This document shows positions 1 through 13,050 of a stretch of 64,000 nucleotides of DNA, one piece after another. Within the stretch, counting starts at the first letter, position 1. Every line of letters starts with the position of its first letter. Below the pieces are notes generated by a model that saw only the letters and a program-made list of their open reading frames with translations, was not told the origin of the DNA and did no database searches. Position numbers and translations under genes: made by a program. The DNA is from Lama guanicoe (lineage: Eukaryota), in the NCBI GenBank assembly GCA_013239625.1, contig MU054187.1:19212711-19276710 (forward strand). Reading direction: 5' to 3'.

Positions 1-272
1 CGACTCATGCCCGCCTCTTCCCTGTTCTCCAGACTCCCACGTTTTCCATGTCTCTTCTTATCTCCTGTGCAGTTCTTCTCCTGCCCAGGGTAACCTCCCT
101 CATCTTCTCGGGGAGTTCTTCATCTGTCTGTACTCAGCTCAGGTGTTGTTTCTACAAGGTTTCCCGGTGCCCTCTGCGGCTTTTCTCATCCTTGTACTTA
201 CTGGTACAGATACGTATGCATTCTACACATTTACCTGTTTACAAATCACCTCAACATTTGAACTATTTCCCT

Positions 273-346
273 ATATATGTGTGTGTGTGTGTGTTTGTGT
301 GTGTGTATTATGTATATATAATATATATATTAATGTATATATATAA
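273..346. repeat. Compound (TG)n/(TA)n microsatellite
   Basis: tatatatgtgtgtgtgtgtgtg...tatatataatatatatat. Confidence 0.9.
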
Positions 347-2309
347 AACATACATATGTTTTAAATTTGTTTCCTAAAGAATTAGGGGTCTATCAACATA
401 CCTAAGGCAGGGATAGCATCTTATCTATTTAAAAAATATTTTCCTTGGTAGTTACTGCATTTTCTGCATACAGTATGCACTTACCCACGTGCCAGGCATT
501 GATATCACGGAGTAAATGCTTTCTTAATGTAATTGAATTACAAATATCTATATACATGTGTGTGTATTTAATAGTTCTTTTCCTTAAGGACTTTAGATAT
601 TGAATAAAGAAACAAGCACACGAGAACAATGAAGGCTACTACTATTATAACTAAGTGTCAAGCACTATACTGCAGACTAGTGAAATGGGAGGTGAAGAAC
701 CTTGAGACTCCTAACACAGGGAGAGAATTTTAAGATTTTCAAGGGGAGACAAGGGAATTATTTGATCCCGGTGGGACGCATTTGAGTAATTTAGCATTTT
801 CTTTGGGTGTATGATCTTCTTGTACTGAGATGAAAGACATACAGGAATTTAAGAACTTTTACGACTCCAGTGAAAGTTCCCTCCCGCCAAACGGCAACAC
901 CATTTTGCAAGGGAGAGGGAAATGGGGACCCGGCTAGGTTCACTGAGTCCATTTATGGAACCAAAATAAAAGGAAGCGCATTTCGTTTTCCTCCCAGGGG
1001 AGGTGGCAGGCAGGGCTTTGCCAAGGACTCAGTGATGGGTTAGTAGAAAGTAGAAGACACCTTCCTCACCTTGTTTTGCTGGACTAGAATTCCCAGAAGA
1101 CTGCAAAAAACAAGACAAACTTACACTCTAGTTCTTTGTGTGGGAGGAGGAGGGGAAAGTCACCTCTCTTCTGGTACGCTGATGCAAAGGAGATTTGTAA
1201 GCTCCTGGGGGAGGCATGTGGCTTACTTACTGTGCGTATTTTATATATCTTAATGTCTTTGGCTTTCTTCTTTTTCTCTCTCTCTGTGATGAGTCTGCTT
1301 TGGAAGGCTTGCTCGGATGCTTTTCCCCTTCCTTTCTTGCTCGCGACCCAAAGTCTGCCTGTGCCCAGCACCCAAGCACCGCAGAGACACTCGGGAGGAC
1401 TTGACTCTGCCTGAGAGTATGAAGGATGACGTACCAAGAGGAGAAGATACTCTCTGTTCCGGAAGAACCGCTCTTTAATGGAGGGACTAAATATAAATCA
1501 TGAGATGAACCAAGGGAAGTATTTTGGGTATTTAACAGAAAATCTCAAACCACAGCAAAATAAGTGACTTTGACACTTTGTTCCTTTTTTCCTTCCTTCA
1601 GCAAACCACTGAGTGTGTGCTATGTGATCGGCACTGGGCTAAGCATTTGAATGACACTGATGGATAAGTACCCAAAGGAGGGAGACTCAAAGAATCTTGC
1701 AAGTAAATGTAAAGAAGTGTCACTGTGTGCTCAGAAGAGAAGTTAGGGCTGGAGTGGGGTGGGTGGGGTGGGGTGGAGGCACTCTTAGGTAAAGAGGACC
1801 TCCCACACCAAAGCCCTGCAGCCAGAGGACACGGGATGGCTCACAGGACCCCAAGTCTGGAAGCACAGCTGGGCCTCAGGGGAGCCTGGAGCCTGGCCTA
1901 GAAAGTTTCTCTCTTTGTCTGTCTCTGTGTCTCTCTCTCTCTCCTTCACATTCTTTCCCTGCTCCTTCCCGTGCCTGCAATCCTCTTTGCTGTCCCTGCA
2001 CCCCAGATTGGACTTTACCTGATCTTCCAGTTCAAAGACCCAGGGGAGACCAAGGAGATTGCCTAGAAGCTCTGTGCACCCCCCGCCCCACCCTTGTTGA
2101 TTCCTTGCTGAGTTAGTTGAGGCGCAGAAGCACGTGGGTGTGTCACATGTGGATTTAGTGTCTCACCCCCAGAGTGCTCAGGGAAGGGAATTTTCACTAA
2201 TATGTAATGGCCCAACTCCATGTTCTTCTGCAGTGCCCAAACAGATTTTAAAAACAGATATGTGGGTGGCAGTCCATTACCCTGACAGAACAACCATCAT
2301 TCTCTTGAC

Positions 2310-3900
2310 AAACGTATTAACTGTGTACTAGGTAATATGTACTAGGCACTGTGATTGGTCCTGGGGAAACAAAACCAGTCTGGGACCTCAAGCTGCTCAT
2401 AACCTAGGTGGGGGGCAGGCACATTAACCAACAGGACTTTACATCCTTGAGCACTTTGCAGAATACTTCTTGTCTTCAGTTCAATTTAACTCAATTCAGT
2501 TACCAGATTACAGGCACCATGAGAGGGAATACAAAGATAAATGCCTGGACTCTAGCCCCAAGGAGTTCAGAGTCTAGGAGGGAAAACAGACATATCAACA
2601 AATATTAACAGTGCAGAGTGACAAGTCAGCGCTTGAAGTATGTGAAAACTTCACAGGCAGGAAAGAGAAGGGAGTGGTTATCCCCATCCTCCAAATCCCC
2701 ACCCCAACCTGGACAGAGTAATTGCTAAAGTAGTCGGGGAAGAGGTGACACCTACTCTGTGCTTTGGAGGTTGCTCGGGCAGTGGGTTGGGGCACAAAGA
2801 CATAGCCTGATGTTGCTGGAGGATGAAGTGATGACGGTGGGGGTGAGTGGATGAGAAGCTGTGGAAGGCAGCAATGCGAAAGGCTTTATGTACCCTGATC
2901 AGGAATTACACAAGTTATGGGGAGCTCCAAAAGACCACAGCAAGCAGAGAAACGTTGAATGGTGCAGGAGCATGGAGGATGGAGGGCCGTGCTAGAGGCA
3001 GAGGGACAATCTGGAAGGCTATGACCAGATTCCAGACAAGAGGTGATGAGGGCTTAAAGCAAGTCCATGGCATTGGGGATGGAGTAGAGAGGCTACACAC
3101 ACATGCAGGAAAACTGTGTAGATGATGATGCTACCGGGAGAGAGAGATTCTAGAAAGACAAGGGACCATGGGAAGAAGAGAGAAGGACATTATTTAAGTT
3201 GGAGGTAATTAAGAAAGATTGAAGTGGAGATTTTCAGAAAAAAAAAAGTTGGGTATACATGTCTGGAGCAGGAGGAAAAAGCAGAAGTGAAATGTAAATA
3301 TGAAATCTTCTGGAATGGAGATGTCAGAACCAGTGGAGAGGTTGAAATCTCCTAAGCAAAGAAGATAGGAGAACCCAAGGCAGGGCTCAGTCTCTCACAG
3401 GATCGGTAGATAAAGCGATTATGGGAAAGATTTGTAAACTAGGAGGGAGAGGGGTTCCTAAAATGGAGAGGATTTCAAAGAAAAAGTGGGCAAAAGTATC
3501 AGTTGCTATTACAGAGGGACTAAGAAAGCCTCGGTGAGGATTTGGCAATTAGGAAACCGCTGGAAATCTTTGCCTGCGTTGTTGGGAATGGGAAGCCAGG
3601 GTTGGAGGTGAAGAAGTGGGGTGTGAGTAGAGATGACTCCATCAAGAAACTTGACTGTGAAGGCACGGAGAAGAAAAAGGTCAGTAGTTAGAAAGTGGCA
3701 TTGGGTTTTGGGAAGGGTTTTATGCGTCAGAATCTTGAACATGTTTATAGATTGAGGAGAAAGAGCCTGTTGAAAGGGAAACTGAAAAGGGAGAGGCTCC
3801 CAGAGGGACAGAAGGGGATGGATTCTGAAGCACAGTTGGAGACATTAATCTTCAACAAAAGGAAAAATGCATCTTCTTTTGAAATTGTCAGAATGACAAT
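2310..3900 (-). mobile_element. Degraded L2 LINE fragments
   Basis: Purine-rich antisense L2-like text (actgtgtactagg...ggcactgtg; ggaggctatgaccagattccagacaagaggtgatgagggc); boundaries approximate. Confidence 0.5.
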
Positions 3901-4899
3901 GGATGTAAGAAGGTTTTGCCCGTGCGTGCACGCATATGTGTGCGTATGTGTGTGTGTGCAAGGAAATTTTAGAAACTTTCAGCCTGATGGCTTCCATTAC
4001 TCAAGTAAGAAGAGAGCCATTTTCAAGGCTGAAGAATCAGGAAAGGAGATAGTCACTGAAGCACAGACAATATTTTTTTATCTGCTGTGGACATTGGAGT
4101 GATGGAACTTACAAGGTGGAGCTAACTGGGCATTGAAACCACTGGAGAGAGCATAGGTTAGTGGAGACAGCCATCCAGAGGTTCAAATGGCTTGTTCATC
4201 TCCCACTGCCAATCCCAGGTCTGACACACCTTTGAGCAGGTCACCTAATTCATAGAAGCTCAGAGATTTTTCATTATATGTTAAGTACTCAAGTTAATAA
4301 ATTAATATAAAACTAATGCAAAAAGAGGAAGGTAAAAATCACTGAATCCGTGGACTCTGCCAGTGGTGACAGAAGGCAGGTTTTCCAGCATTAGACGAAT
4401 GCTGTCTAGCTGTTCGGGCTTCATTGAAGGCAAGACAATAGAAAATGGGCTTAAATTGCAGCAAAGTGTCAAGAAAGAATGATGTTCTAAGTATGGGCTC
4501 TAAGAGAGGGCAGAGAGTAACCTGCCTTTGGGATCGATTCTTAGGAATAAATCTGCCTCAAGTGGTTCTGACTCCGTCCTCAGAATGGTTTATTTGGATT
4601 TTCTGCATTTCCTTTTAGCTCTATGCCAGAGTTTGATGTTAAGCAAAAAATAATATATAGTTAGCACACCCCATACAATGGAGACAGCACATGGTAGTTT
4701 GTTTATCTTTGCTTTACTTTTTATCTCATTCTCTCCTCTAATGGGTGCATTAGAAGTAGCTACTATGTAAAAATAATCTGGACATTAAAGTTAAATAAAT
4801 CATATGTAATTATTAATTGTGTCATAGCCCCATCAAAAAAAAAAAAAAAGAGAGAGAGAGAGATTCAAAACCTCCAATCCTCTATCCTGCCTTGTTGGT

Positions 4900-5150
4900 T
4901 ATCTCTAGCTTGATTAAAGGGAATGATACTCATTTGTAAATGCATTTGGCAAACTTACCCTGCTATTGTTTCCATTATTTTGCAAATTACAGACATTGAG
5001 ATGAAGGCTCTGTAATTTCCTAGCGTTCCCTTTATTCCTGCTTGGAAAACTGGTATTGCCCTGGCATACTTCCACTTTGCTGTTATTTCATTTGAATGCA
5101 GCAAATTCTTTATTATGATTAACAAAGACTTCAGCTCCAGTCCTCTTTGA
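4900..5150 (-). mobile_element. CR1/L3 LINE ORF2 relic
   Basis: Translation KWKYARAIPVFQAGIKGTLGNYRAFISMSVICKIMETI resembles the CR1 pre-RT motif W..A.VVPIFKKG.K..PGNYRPVSLTS..GK..E.I. Confidence 0.65.
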
Positions 5151-5750
5151 ATATCAGTCTGCTCTTGGAGATGAGTTGATTTTGAGCCCTGCTGTCTCCT
5201 TGAATCTCTCTGCTTTCCTGATCTCAAAGATGTTCAACAACAGACACCCATGTATTCCGAAATAACATGTTTTTTTGTGTGTTCTCCCTTTTGAATTTGT
5301 TATATGTTTAGTAATTTCACCATCGTCTGGAACTTTTTTCTCTTCTTTTCAATTGTCTGATTCTAAATGCCTCCTTCACTCACTACTTAAAAGACAGAAA
5401 ATATTCAGGCAGTTGGGTTTGGTAATCTTGCTGTTTTTAAGCTTCTTTCTCTTTTCATTTTTTCAGTTTTCCTTTTTCCTCATACACACATCTCTTAAGG
5501 TTTTTACAATATTTTGTAAGCAGTCTTGATACCAGTCACTTTGAGGCATTTCGAATATACAGATGGTTTTCCTTGACCACTATATATTTCTAATTCATTT
5601 GTTAATCATTGCACTGGAATCACAGTTTCCCCAAATCAGGCTCTTTCTCCTTAAATCTTGCCTGGATGTCCACCCAATGTAATACCCCTGCAGTAGTTCC
5701 CACACTGAGAAGGTACTAATTAAATATTTGTCTCCTAAGACCAGTCTTAT

Positions 5751-6328
5751 TGTTACTTGAAAAGTGGGTTCACCTCTTGGTGGGTGGTGAGCCAAAACAC
5801 CCCCCAAAACCAAAAAGACAAAAACAAAAACAAAAAAAACCCAAACCAAAAAGCCAACCAAGCCAAAGAAGGAAGGATTTATTACTTGCAGCTGTAAGAA
5901 CACCACACCAGGATCTTTCCCAAAGCAGTATCTCTTGGAGGATCAAAATTGGGGAAGTTTTAAGCTAAGGGTACATGCATATACATGAAGGGGCTTGAAC
6001 AGAGAACAATTCAGCATACAGTTGGGGCAAAGGTTGCCAGAGTCCAAGCTTTAGTTGACTGAAGTCACAAGTTGATTGTACATCCCAGGAGGAGGAACTA
6101 GGACTCTGTTTTATCACTGAACTGTTGTTTCTTGATTGCTTTCCCTTTGTTCCTGCACTCCCTCACTTGCCTTAAGGTCATAAATTACTGAGACTTGTTC
6201 AAGGATAAGCATTATGGCCAGGTTTAGATCACAAAATGGCTTAGATGGAAAATGACTTCTCTTGTGTCAAGAAAGCTATGCCTGGATCTCTTTTTCCAGG
6301 GACCCCCTACCCTATCTGTCTGCTTACA
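5751..6328 (-). mobile_element. ERV1-class solo LTR
   Basis: TGTTA...TTACA termini, minus-strand AATAAA near 5878; TSD unclear. Confidence 0.6.
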
Positions 6329-6595
6329 AAATTTAGAAAGAATCACATTCAGAGGGCTCTTCTAGACCACAGGGTTTGGTGGAAGATGCTGGAACAAAAA
6401 CAGGTGCATGACTGACTTGGAGGCTCATCTTCCACGATTAGATGTCAATGTACGGAGTTCTCGTATCCTTCTTTCCCCTCATCTGCTCTTGCCTTATTTT
6501 CCCCCTCCTCCATCTTCAGTCACCCCTCATTGCTTTAACTCAGCTGTGCTGAGGAGAGGATAGATGAGGTCCCCTTTTTCATATTGGGTAGGTAG

Positions 6596-7069
6596 CGCTG
6601 CTGGAGAATAGGTTCTTGTCTCATGCGAAAAAGAATTCAAGAGAGGGGCATCATAAAGCGAAGTACGTTTATTCAGAGAGATACACACTCCATAGACAGA
6701 ATGCGGACCATCTCAAAAGGTGAGAGGGAAAGAGGCCATGAAGTGTGGGGTTGTCAGTTTTCATGGGCTGGATAATTTCATATGCTAATGAGTGGGAGGA
6801 TTATTCCAGCTACGTTGGGGAAGGGGCAGAGATTGCCAGGAATTGGGCCCCACCCACTTTGGGGCCTTTTACAATCAGCCTGGGAACTGACATGGCACCT
6901 GGGGGATTGTCATTTACCATGCTAATGTATTACAATGAGAGTATAATGAGGCTTAAGGTCTACTGGAAGCTGAGTCCTGTGCCATCTTGGTTCTAGCCAA
7001 TTTGTCTTGTCTTCAATTTCTGTGTCATCCCTGCAGTGGTTGCGTCCTGCTCATGTCCCTCCTGTGTCA
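6596..7069 (-). mobile_element. ERV1-class solo LTR (same family as 10027-10467)
   Basis: 4-bp TSD GTAG (6592-6595/7070-7073); reverse-complement similarity to 10027-10467. Confidence 0.8.
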
Positions 7070-7456
7070 GTAGCATTGTGGAAAATGAAGACAATCTCAG
7101 CAGCAATATCTCACATTACTGAGAGCTTAGCACGTCCCAGCTGTTGCTCCATCTGCTGCACGTGTTTGATCTCAGTTCAGCTTCTCAGCCATCCCATGAG
7201 ATAAGTAATAGCATGAATGTGGGTCCTGATAACTCAGAGAGGTTGAGGAACATGCTAAGGCCCCCCAGCTGGCTACTGAGTAGCAGGTGCAGGATGTGAA
7301 CCTGGGATGTCTGACCACAAAGCTGGAACTGCACCATGCCAGTGCCGGGGGGGCCCTTAGTGAATTATTGGCATGTTATGGTGATTATTATCTGGATATT
7401 TATCTTCTGTGTATTGAGCACTACTGTATGTTAGGTGGTGTTTGACTCTTTCATCT

Positions 7457-7889
7457 TGTCAACTAAAAAAAAAAAGAGAAGAAGAAAAAGCACAATGTGA
7501 GAGTTGTGAGTTAAGTTTTATTGGGGGGAAAATGAGGACTACAGCCCGGGAGACAGTGTCTCAGATAGCTCTGCAGAGGTGGAGGGGCGGTCAGTGTATA
7601 TGTGATTTTGGTGAAGGGGGATACGTGCAGCCAGGCACACGTTTTTGCAGAAGGTTGCTGCTAGTCTCTTGAAAGTTACTGCTAGTCGTGAGAATCTGAG
7701 CTCATAAAATCTGCTCGTGAAAATATCTCTCTGAAGACCTGTTCTGCCAGTTTTTCCCAGAGCACAGGGTGCCTCATTCCTGACCTCCGCCCTGAACTCC
7801 TTTCAGGGTGTGTTGAAGGTCAGCGACTGCAGTGGCTCGTGACTTCATTCTTGTAGAGGCAGATGGCAAGTGTCAAATTTTAGTTGGCA
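7457..7889 (-). mobile_element. ERV1 (MER41-like) solo LTR inserted into a MIR
   Basis: Inverted termini tgtcaactaaaa/ttttagttggca; TSD ATCT (7453-7456/7890-7893); MIR-like sequence on both flanks. Confidence 0.8.
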
Positions 7890-10026
7890 ATCTCATTTAA
7901 TTTTCACAATAACCCATGGAATTATGATTTCCTTTTTACAATCAAGGCAACAGAATCTCAAAGACATTCTGTAAATTGCCCAAGATCACTCAGCTAATAA
8001 GAAGGACTGGCCTTAGCGCTCCGGCTAGCCCCCGCCCCCTTTCACCCCCTTCAGACTTTTCTTTGGAGGATGTATTGAATTTTTCCTCATTAGCTTGTAG
8101 AATCTAATGAGGTCACATGGATGACAGTAACTCGGACAATAACTCAATGGCTGGTGTCACGGCTCACACATGTCCCCTCATGCTGGGAGCTGCTTCTGCT
8201 CTGCGGGGGCACTGCTGCCTCCATGGGACCCCCCACTCCCCCAGGATGCATATTGTCCAGTGGTCTGTGACAAATGGGGAAGAAGGACTCAGAGCAGCCT
8301 TAACTCAGACAGAGCTGCTTGTGCCCTCGTGCCCTGATGTCTAGAGTTCCCGTTTTAGTGTTCCCCTAAAAACGTAAGAAAAGCTCTCCCGCTTTTCATT
8401 TACAGTCTGTCTGCTGTCTGAGTGCATGGGGACCAGGGCAAGGATCAGGACCTCGTGACAGGTGCCATTCTGTGTTCAGAATCATCCTCCAGTCCACCGA
8501 CTAAGTGGGTTTGTACCAAAGAGCCCCTAGTTCCTGTTTGGGGAAATTCCTTTTCCCCAGGCTATGTGGCCTGGGTGGAGGGTAAGACCTGCCTCTTACT
8601 AGGGGAACTGAGGGGCCGGAGCCTCCTCCTCCACAGCCAAGGAGTGAGCACGTGATCTCGTTTGACTGATCAATGGTCTCCCCTGAAACTTTGAACTCTG
8701 AGTTAGTGGTACAAAGACAATAGGGGTGGGGAGGCCTTAGGTTAGTCACTGTCCCACTAGAAATGCTGCCCGCTGACAGTACAGCTCCTGCCGTGGGTCC
8801 TGAGGCCTGGCCCTCACACTGCCCTAAACGTCTGTGGTTTCCAAGCCTCTAGCTGATGCTCTGAGCTGCATCCTTTCAATAAACAGTCTTTTATGTAAAA
8901 TAACCAGGGTGCATTTCTGTTGCACACCATTAAGGAGTCAGACTGAACTGCATATGGGTTTACAACATAAATGTAGCAAAGAACATCTTTGCGGCCTTTT
9001 TTTTTTTTCCCTCTCCCTTTCATCCACCTGCCCTCATCTTCTCCTCTGCTTCCAAATCCTCATGGATCTGGTGCTGCCCCCATTGCACAGGCCCTCTCAT
9101 GGGGCTAATTTTACTAAGCTTACCCTGTCCACGACTTAGAGGTCTGGATTTCTTTTTCTACTTTTTACCACAATTCACATGACAACATATTTTGTGTTTT
9201 CTTCAGCAAGAACGGCTGTCCAGCAGGTATTTATGGTTGTAAAGGGATTTCATAAAGCCATGTGTTTTAAATTACAGAATACTCTTGAGACAAAGCCTTA
9301 GAGGAATGACATGGGTATTAGATAAAAGAACAACTGCTCTGGCCCACATGAGTTTGAAAACCAGGGCTGTAAGCCAGTCCAGGAATACTCCTCACTCCCC
9401 AAGAACCTTCCCAGTTGATGATGGCTCTGATTAGGCAGCAGAAGGCATATTTGACTGGACAGCCTCCTCCCATCTCTGCCACCACCCCATTGTGTAGTTT
9501 TGAATGAATCACTGAACTTTTTGGGTTTCACTTGTTGTGAGTGGAAAAATAAGGCATCACTTCAGATTTTCAGTATGTTCTTTCAGTACTACAACTTGGA
9601 TGTTACAGGTTCCATTGGTATTTGCATTTTAGTAGAAGACTCTTGAAATGTTCAAACTCTTGAGTTCCAAGCCAACATATAACTATCTGAAAATTAAGCT
9701 TTATGACGGGCTAAAAGGACAAATATTTTAGGTTTGCTTGGTTGGGGGTGAGAGAGAAAGGAAGGAGAAGAGAGGAGAGGTATCTCAAACGTTACTGTTC
9801 AGGCTTCCTGGCTACTGCAGCTCCGTAATCAATTCCTTCCCTCATTAGACTACGGATGCAAAGAGCCCAACCACCACACCAGCCTGGTAGGGAGGGGCTC
9901 CCTGTTGTGCTTTCATATTTGGTCCAAGCACAAGACAGACATTTTCCTGGTCCTAGTGTAGCAATCAATCATTGGTAATCAATGATCACTCAAATGCAAC
10001 AGTATCAACTCACCTTGGAGTCCTTT

Positions 10027-10467
10027 TGAGACAGGAGGGAAGGGGGCCAGGCACAACCATGAAGGAATGACACAGCAATTGAGGACAGAACATAAACTGG
10101 TCAGAACCCAGATGGCGGAAGATTTGCTTCCAGTGGACCTTGACCTTCCAGTGGACCACTCACAGGCACCATGACAGTTCCCAGGCTCATCATAAAAGGC
10201 CCAAAAGTGGGCGGGACCCAATTTCTGGAAATCCCCGTCCCTTCCCCACCATAGTTGGAATAATCCTCCCACTCGTTAGCGTATGAAATTACCCGGCCCA
10301 TAAACACTAACCACCTGCACACTTCGTGGCCTCTCTCCCTTCTGAGTGAGACGGACCACGTTCTGTCTACGGAGTGTGTATCTCCCTGAGTAAACTTACT
10401 TTCACTTTACGGTGCCCTGCTTTTGAATTCTTTCCTGTGTGAGACAAGAACCTATTCTCTGGTAACA
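10027..10467 (+). mobile_element. ERV1-class solo LTR
   Basis: TG...CA termini, near-TSD cttt/ctgt; inverted homologue of 6596-7069. Confidence 0.8.
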
Positions 10468-12975
10468 CTGTGGTTCAAACCACAGTAAGTGGATCCACAT
10501 TTTCTCCTTAAGGAAACAAAAAACCCTGCTTGCCATCCTGCAGGAAATGCGGTGGTTTCCCTCCATGTCTCTGTACTGCTGTCCCTTGAAATGATGGTGA
10601 TATATTTATATTATTATCTCTGTTACAACTCATTCCAATGAATGTTAGCTACGATAATGCCCATAGTAGTTACTGTCTCTTCAGTATTTACCCTTAAGAT
10701 ACCATGTTTGTAAATACTTTTAAAATATTGCCATTTACTTTCAACAATGGTACAAAAGAAATGTCCTTTTATTTTCATTGTAGATGGGAAAACCAGACAA
10801 TGAGAGTGTCAGTAACTTTCCCAAAGCCACACAGACTGTAGGAGGCAGAGCTGCGATATGAACCAGCACTCATCTGTCTCAAAGCTCTTACTGCTGGAAA
10901 AAAAAAACCCACAAAAAAACAAAAACCACAAACCTTGAAGGAGAAGGATATATTCCAGAGCTTGGGCAGATCACCTCAGGAATTGGAGGCAGACAAGCAC
11001 CTCTTTATCCCTATTCATTTAGACTCAGGGCTCTCTAAAAGCAGGATGTGGAAGGCACGAGGGTTTGCCACAATATTTGCAGTTCATAAGTTAGAAATAA
11101 GCAATCAGCCCCTTTTCACGTAGGGCACTATAATAAACACTGCACAGCCCCTGCAATTTGGTTATGCAAAGAAAACAGGAAACAAGCACATTTTCATTGC
11201 GGCTTGAGTCTGAGGAGGGCTGGCTAGATTTTCTTGTCAATACCGCATTTACTCTCCTGGTCACGTGAGCGGAGACAGGAGGATGAGTCACAGTTAACTG
11301 ACTACTAAATTAGGAAGATGTAATCCATTTGTTTCTTTCAAATTTGATCCCCTCCAAAGCATTTTAAAGCTTTTTCCCCTCACCAATCACAGTCACCACC
11401 TAAAGAGCTAATGCATTCCCAATTTGTGCCAATCTAGTTCTGTCTTATAACTAAATAAATGATCATTTTTGTAGCATTCCTTTCCTATGTAAGGCTAGGG
11501 CTTTGAGTGTATTAATTTTCTTCTAAAGGGGCCAAAATCCTGTAGACCTTCTGCATTTGCTTTTCTCAAGCCAGGCCCTCACTACTTATCAAAATACAAT
11601 GCATCACTTTGCATAGTTTATATTTGCTAGCAAACAGCGCTGCAGTTCTTAACCAGTAAGAATCACAGATCAGCAGCTCTGCAAGGAATCTAAGAGGTTG
11701 CTTAATGTGACTTCCTCATTTTATGGGCAAAATTGAGAGCCAGCAAGGTTTAAGCAATTTGATGAACTCAGGTCTCTGGGTGTCTAGCTCCCCATTAAAG
11801 CCCCTTTCTCCCTGTTGCACACCAGCACTTGTGGAAATCAGTGCCTGATTTTCCTTAGTGCCTTAGGAAACCCTGGTCTGAAAGAGTGAAATATATGATG
11901 GTCAAAACAATCAAACAAACAAAGAAAACAACCTGTCCACGCCCTGTGCCAGCCGGCAGAGGGGTATCAGGGTGAAGTCACAGGGTGGGAACTCTTCCGT
12001 AGAAAGTAATGCAGCTTAATCTCTGGACCTACAGCCATTCGCTTAATTTACTTTTAACATTTGCTGACTTGAATCAGAGCCTGAATTCTTGTTTTATCCA
12101 AGGTTAGTTAGCAGTGAGGTCCGAGAAATCTGGATTTACACAACATAGACACAAGATTGCCTGTTATCGATCTTTATTTTCAGGGTGTGCTGCTGCTCTG
12201 TGGAAATCTCTGATTAGTGTTTCTCTAAACGAACAGAGCTGTGCAAAGCACATTTAGTGAACACCAAATAATTGCTGTCAATGATGGTATTGACAGGGAT
12301 AAAGAGTGGGACAAGATAGAAAGGGTGGTTGTCAGGTAATTCAGGATTGACTAGGTAGGAGAGTGGAGAAATACACTGAGACTTGAGTGGTGAGGGCAAA
12401 GAGATGGGCACAGGAATTGTGCGGGAGACCATGGAAGAGGCAATGTGAATGCAAGAAAAAATGTATATGTGCGTGTATTAAATGGGAGGGAGACATAGCA
12501 AATTTTCCATGAAATTCTAAGCAATGGACTAGTTTACACAAAGCCATCTTAAAGCCAATGGTGTGGTTAATACTTTGTGGGGAGAAGAAAGTCAATGAAC
12601 TTAATGCTGCATGCATAGCTTTGCAAGCCCTGACTTGTGAGGTAATTCACGTTTCAGTTTTACAGAGAATGTTCTCATCAAGGGGCCTCATATTTTAACA
12701 TTACTGGGTGCAATAAAAAAAGAATAATCAGGGCCTTTTGGAGAGTATGGACGCGTTTACTAGGCAGTACCACAGATTTCAGGACATGAGGCGCTAATAT
12801 TTGGCTGCACTTCTGCGGAGCAACAGCTCTGATTATAGAGTGTTCTCAATCAGCGTGTGACTCTAGAGGGAATGAATATCGAGCCCGTGGCCAGGGCTGC
12901 AACCCCACGTGGCTCTGACTGTCCTTTAGTAAAAGGATTTCCACATCACCTTCACCCTCCAATATTCTGGACATT

Positions 12976-13050
12976 TAGTTAATTAATTAATTAATTAGTT
13001 TGTTTATATTTGTTTAGGGGGAAGGTAATTTTATTTATTTATTTATTTGA
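12976..13050 (-). mobile_element. 5'-truncated vic-1-type SINE tail inside an L1
   Basis: Resembles the tail of the SINE at 60180-60312; flanked by TSD TGGACATT (12968-12975/13051-13058). Confidence 0.6.

Noticed and set aside
6745..10322. Two ORFs sharing ISYANEWEDYS (6745..6996 + and 10101..10322 -)
   Set aside because: Translations of two inverted copies of one LTR family, not paralogous genes.
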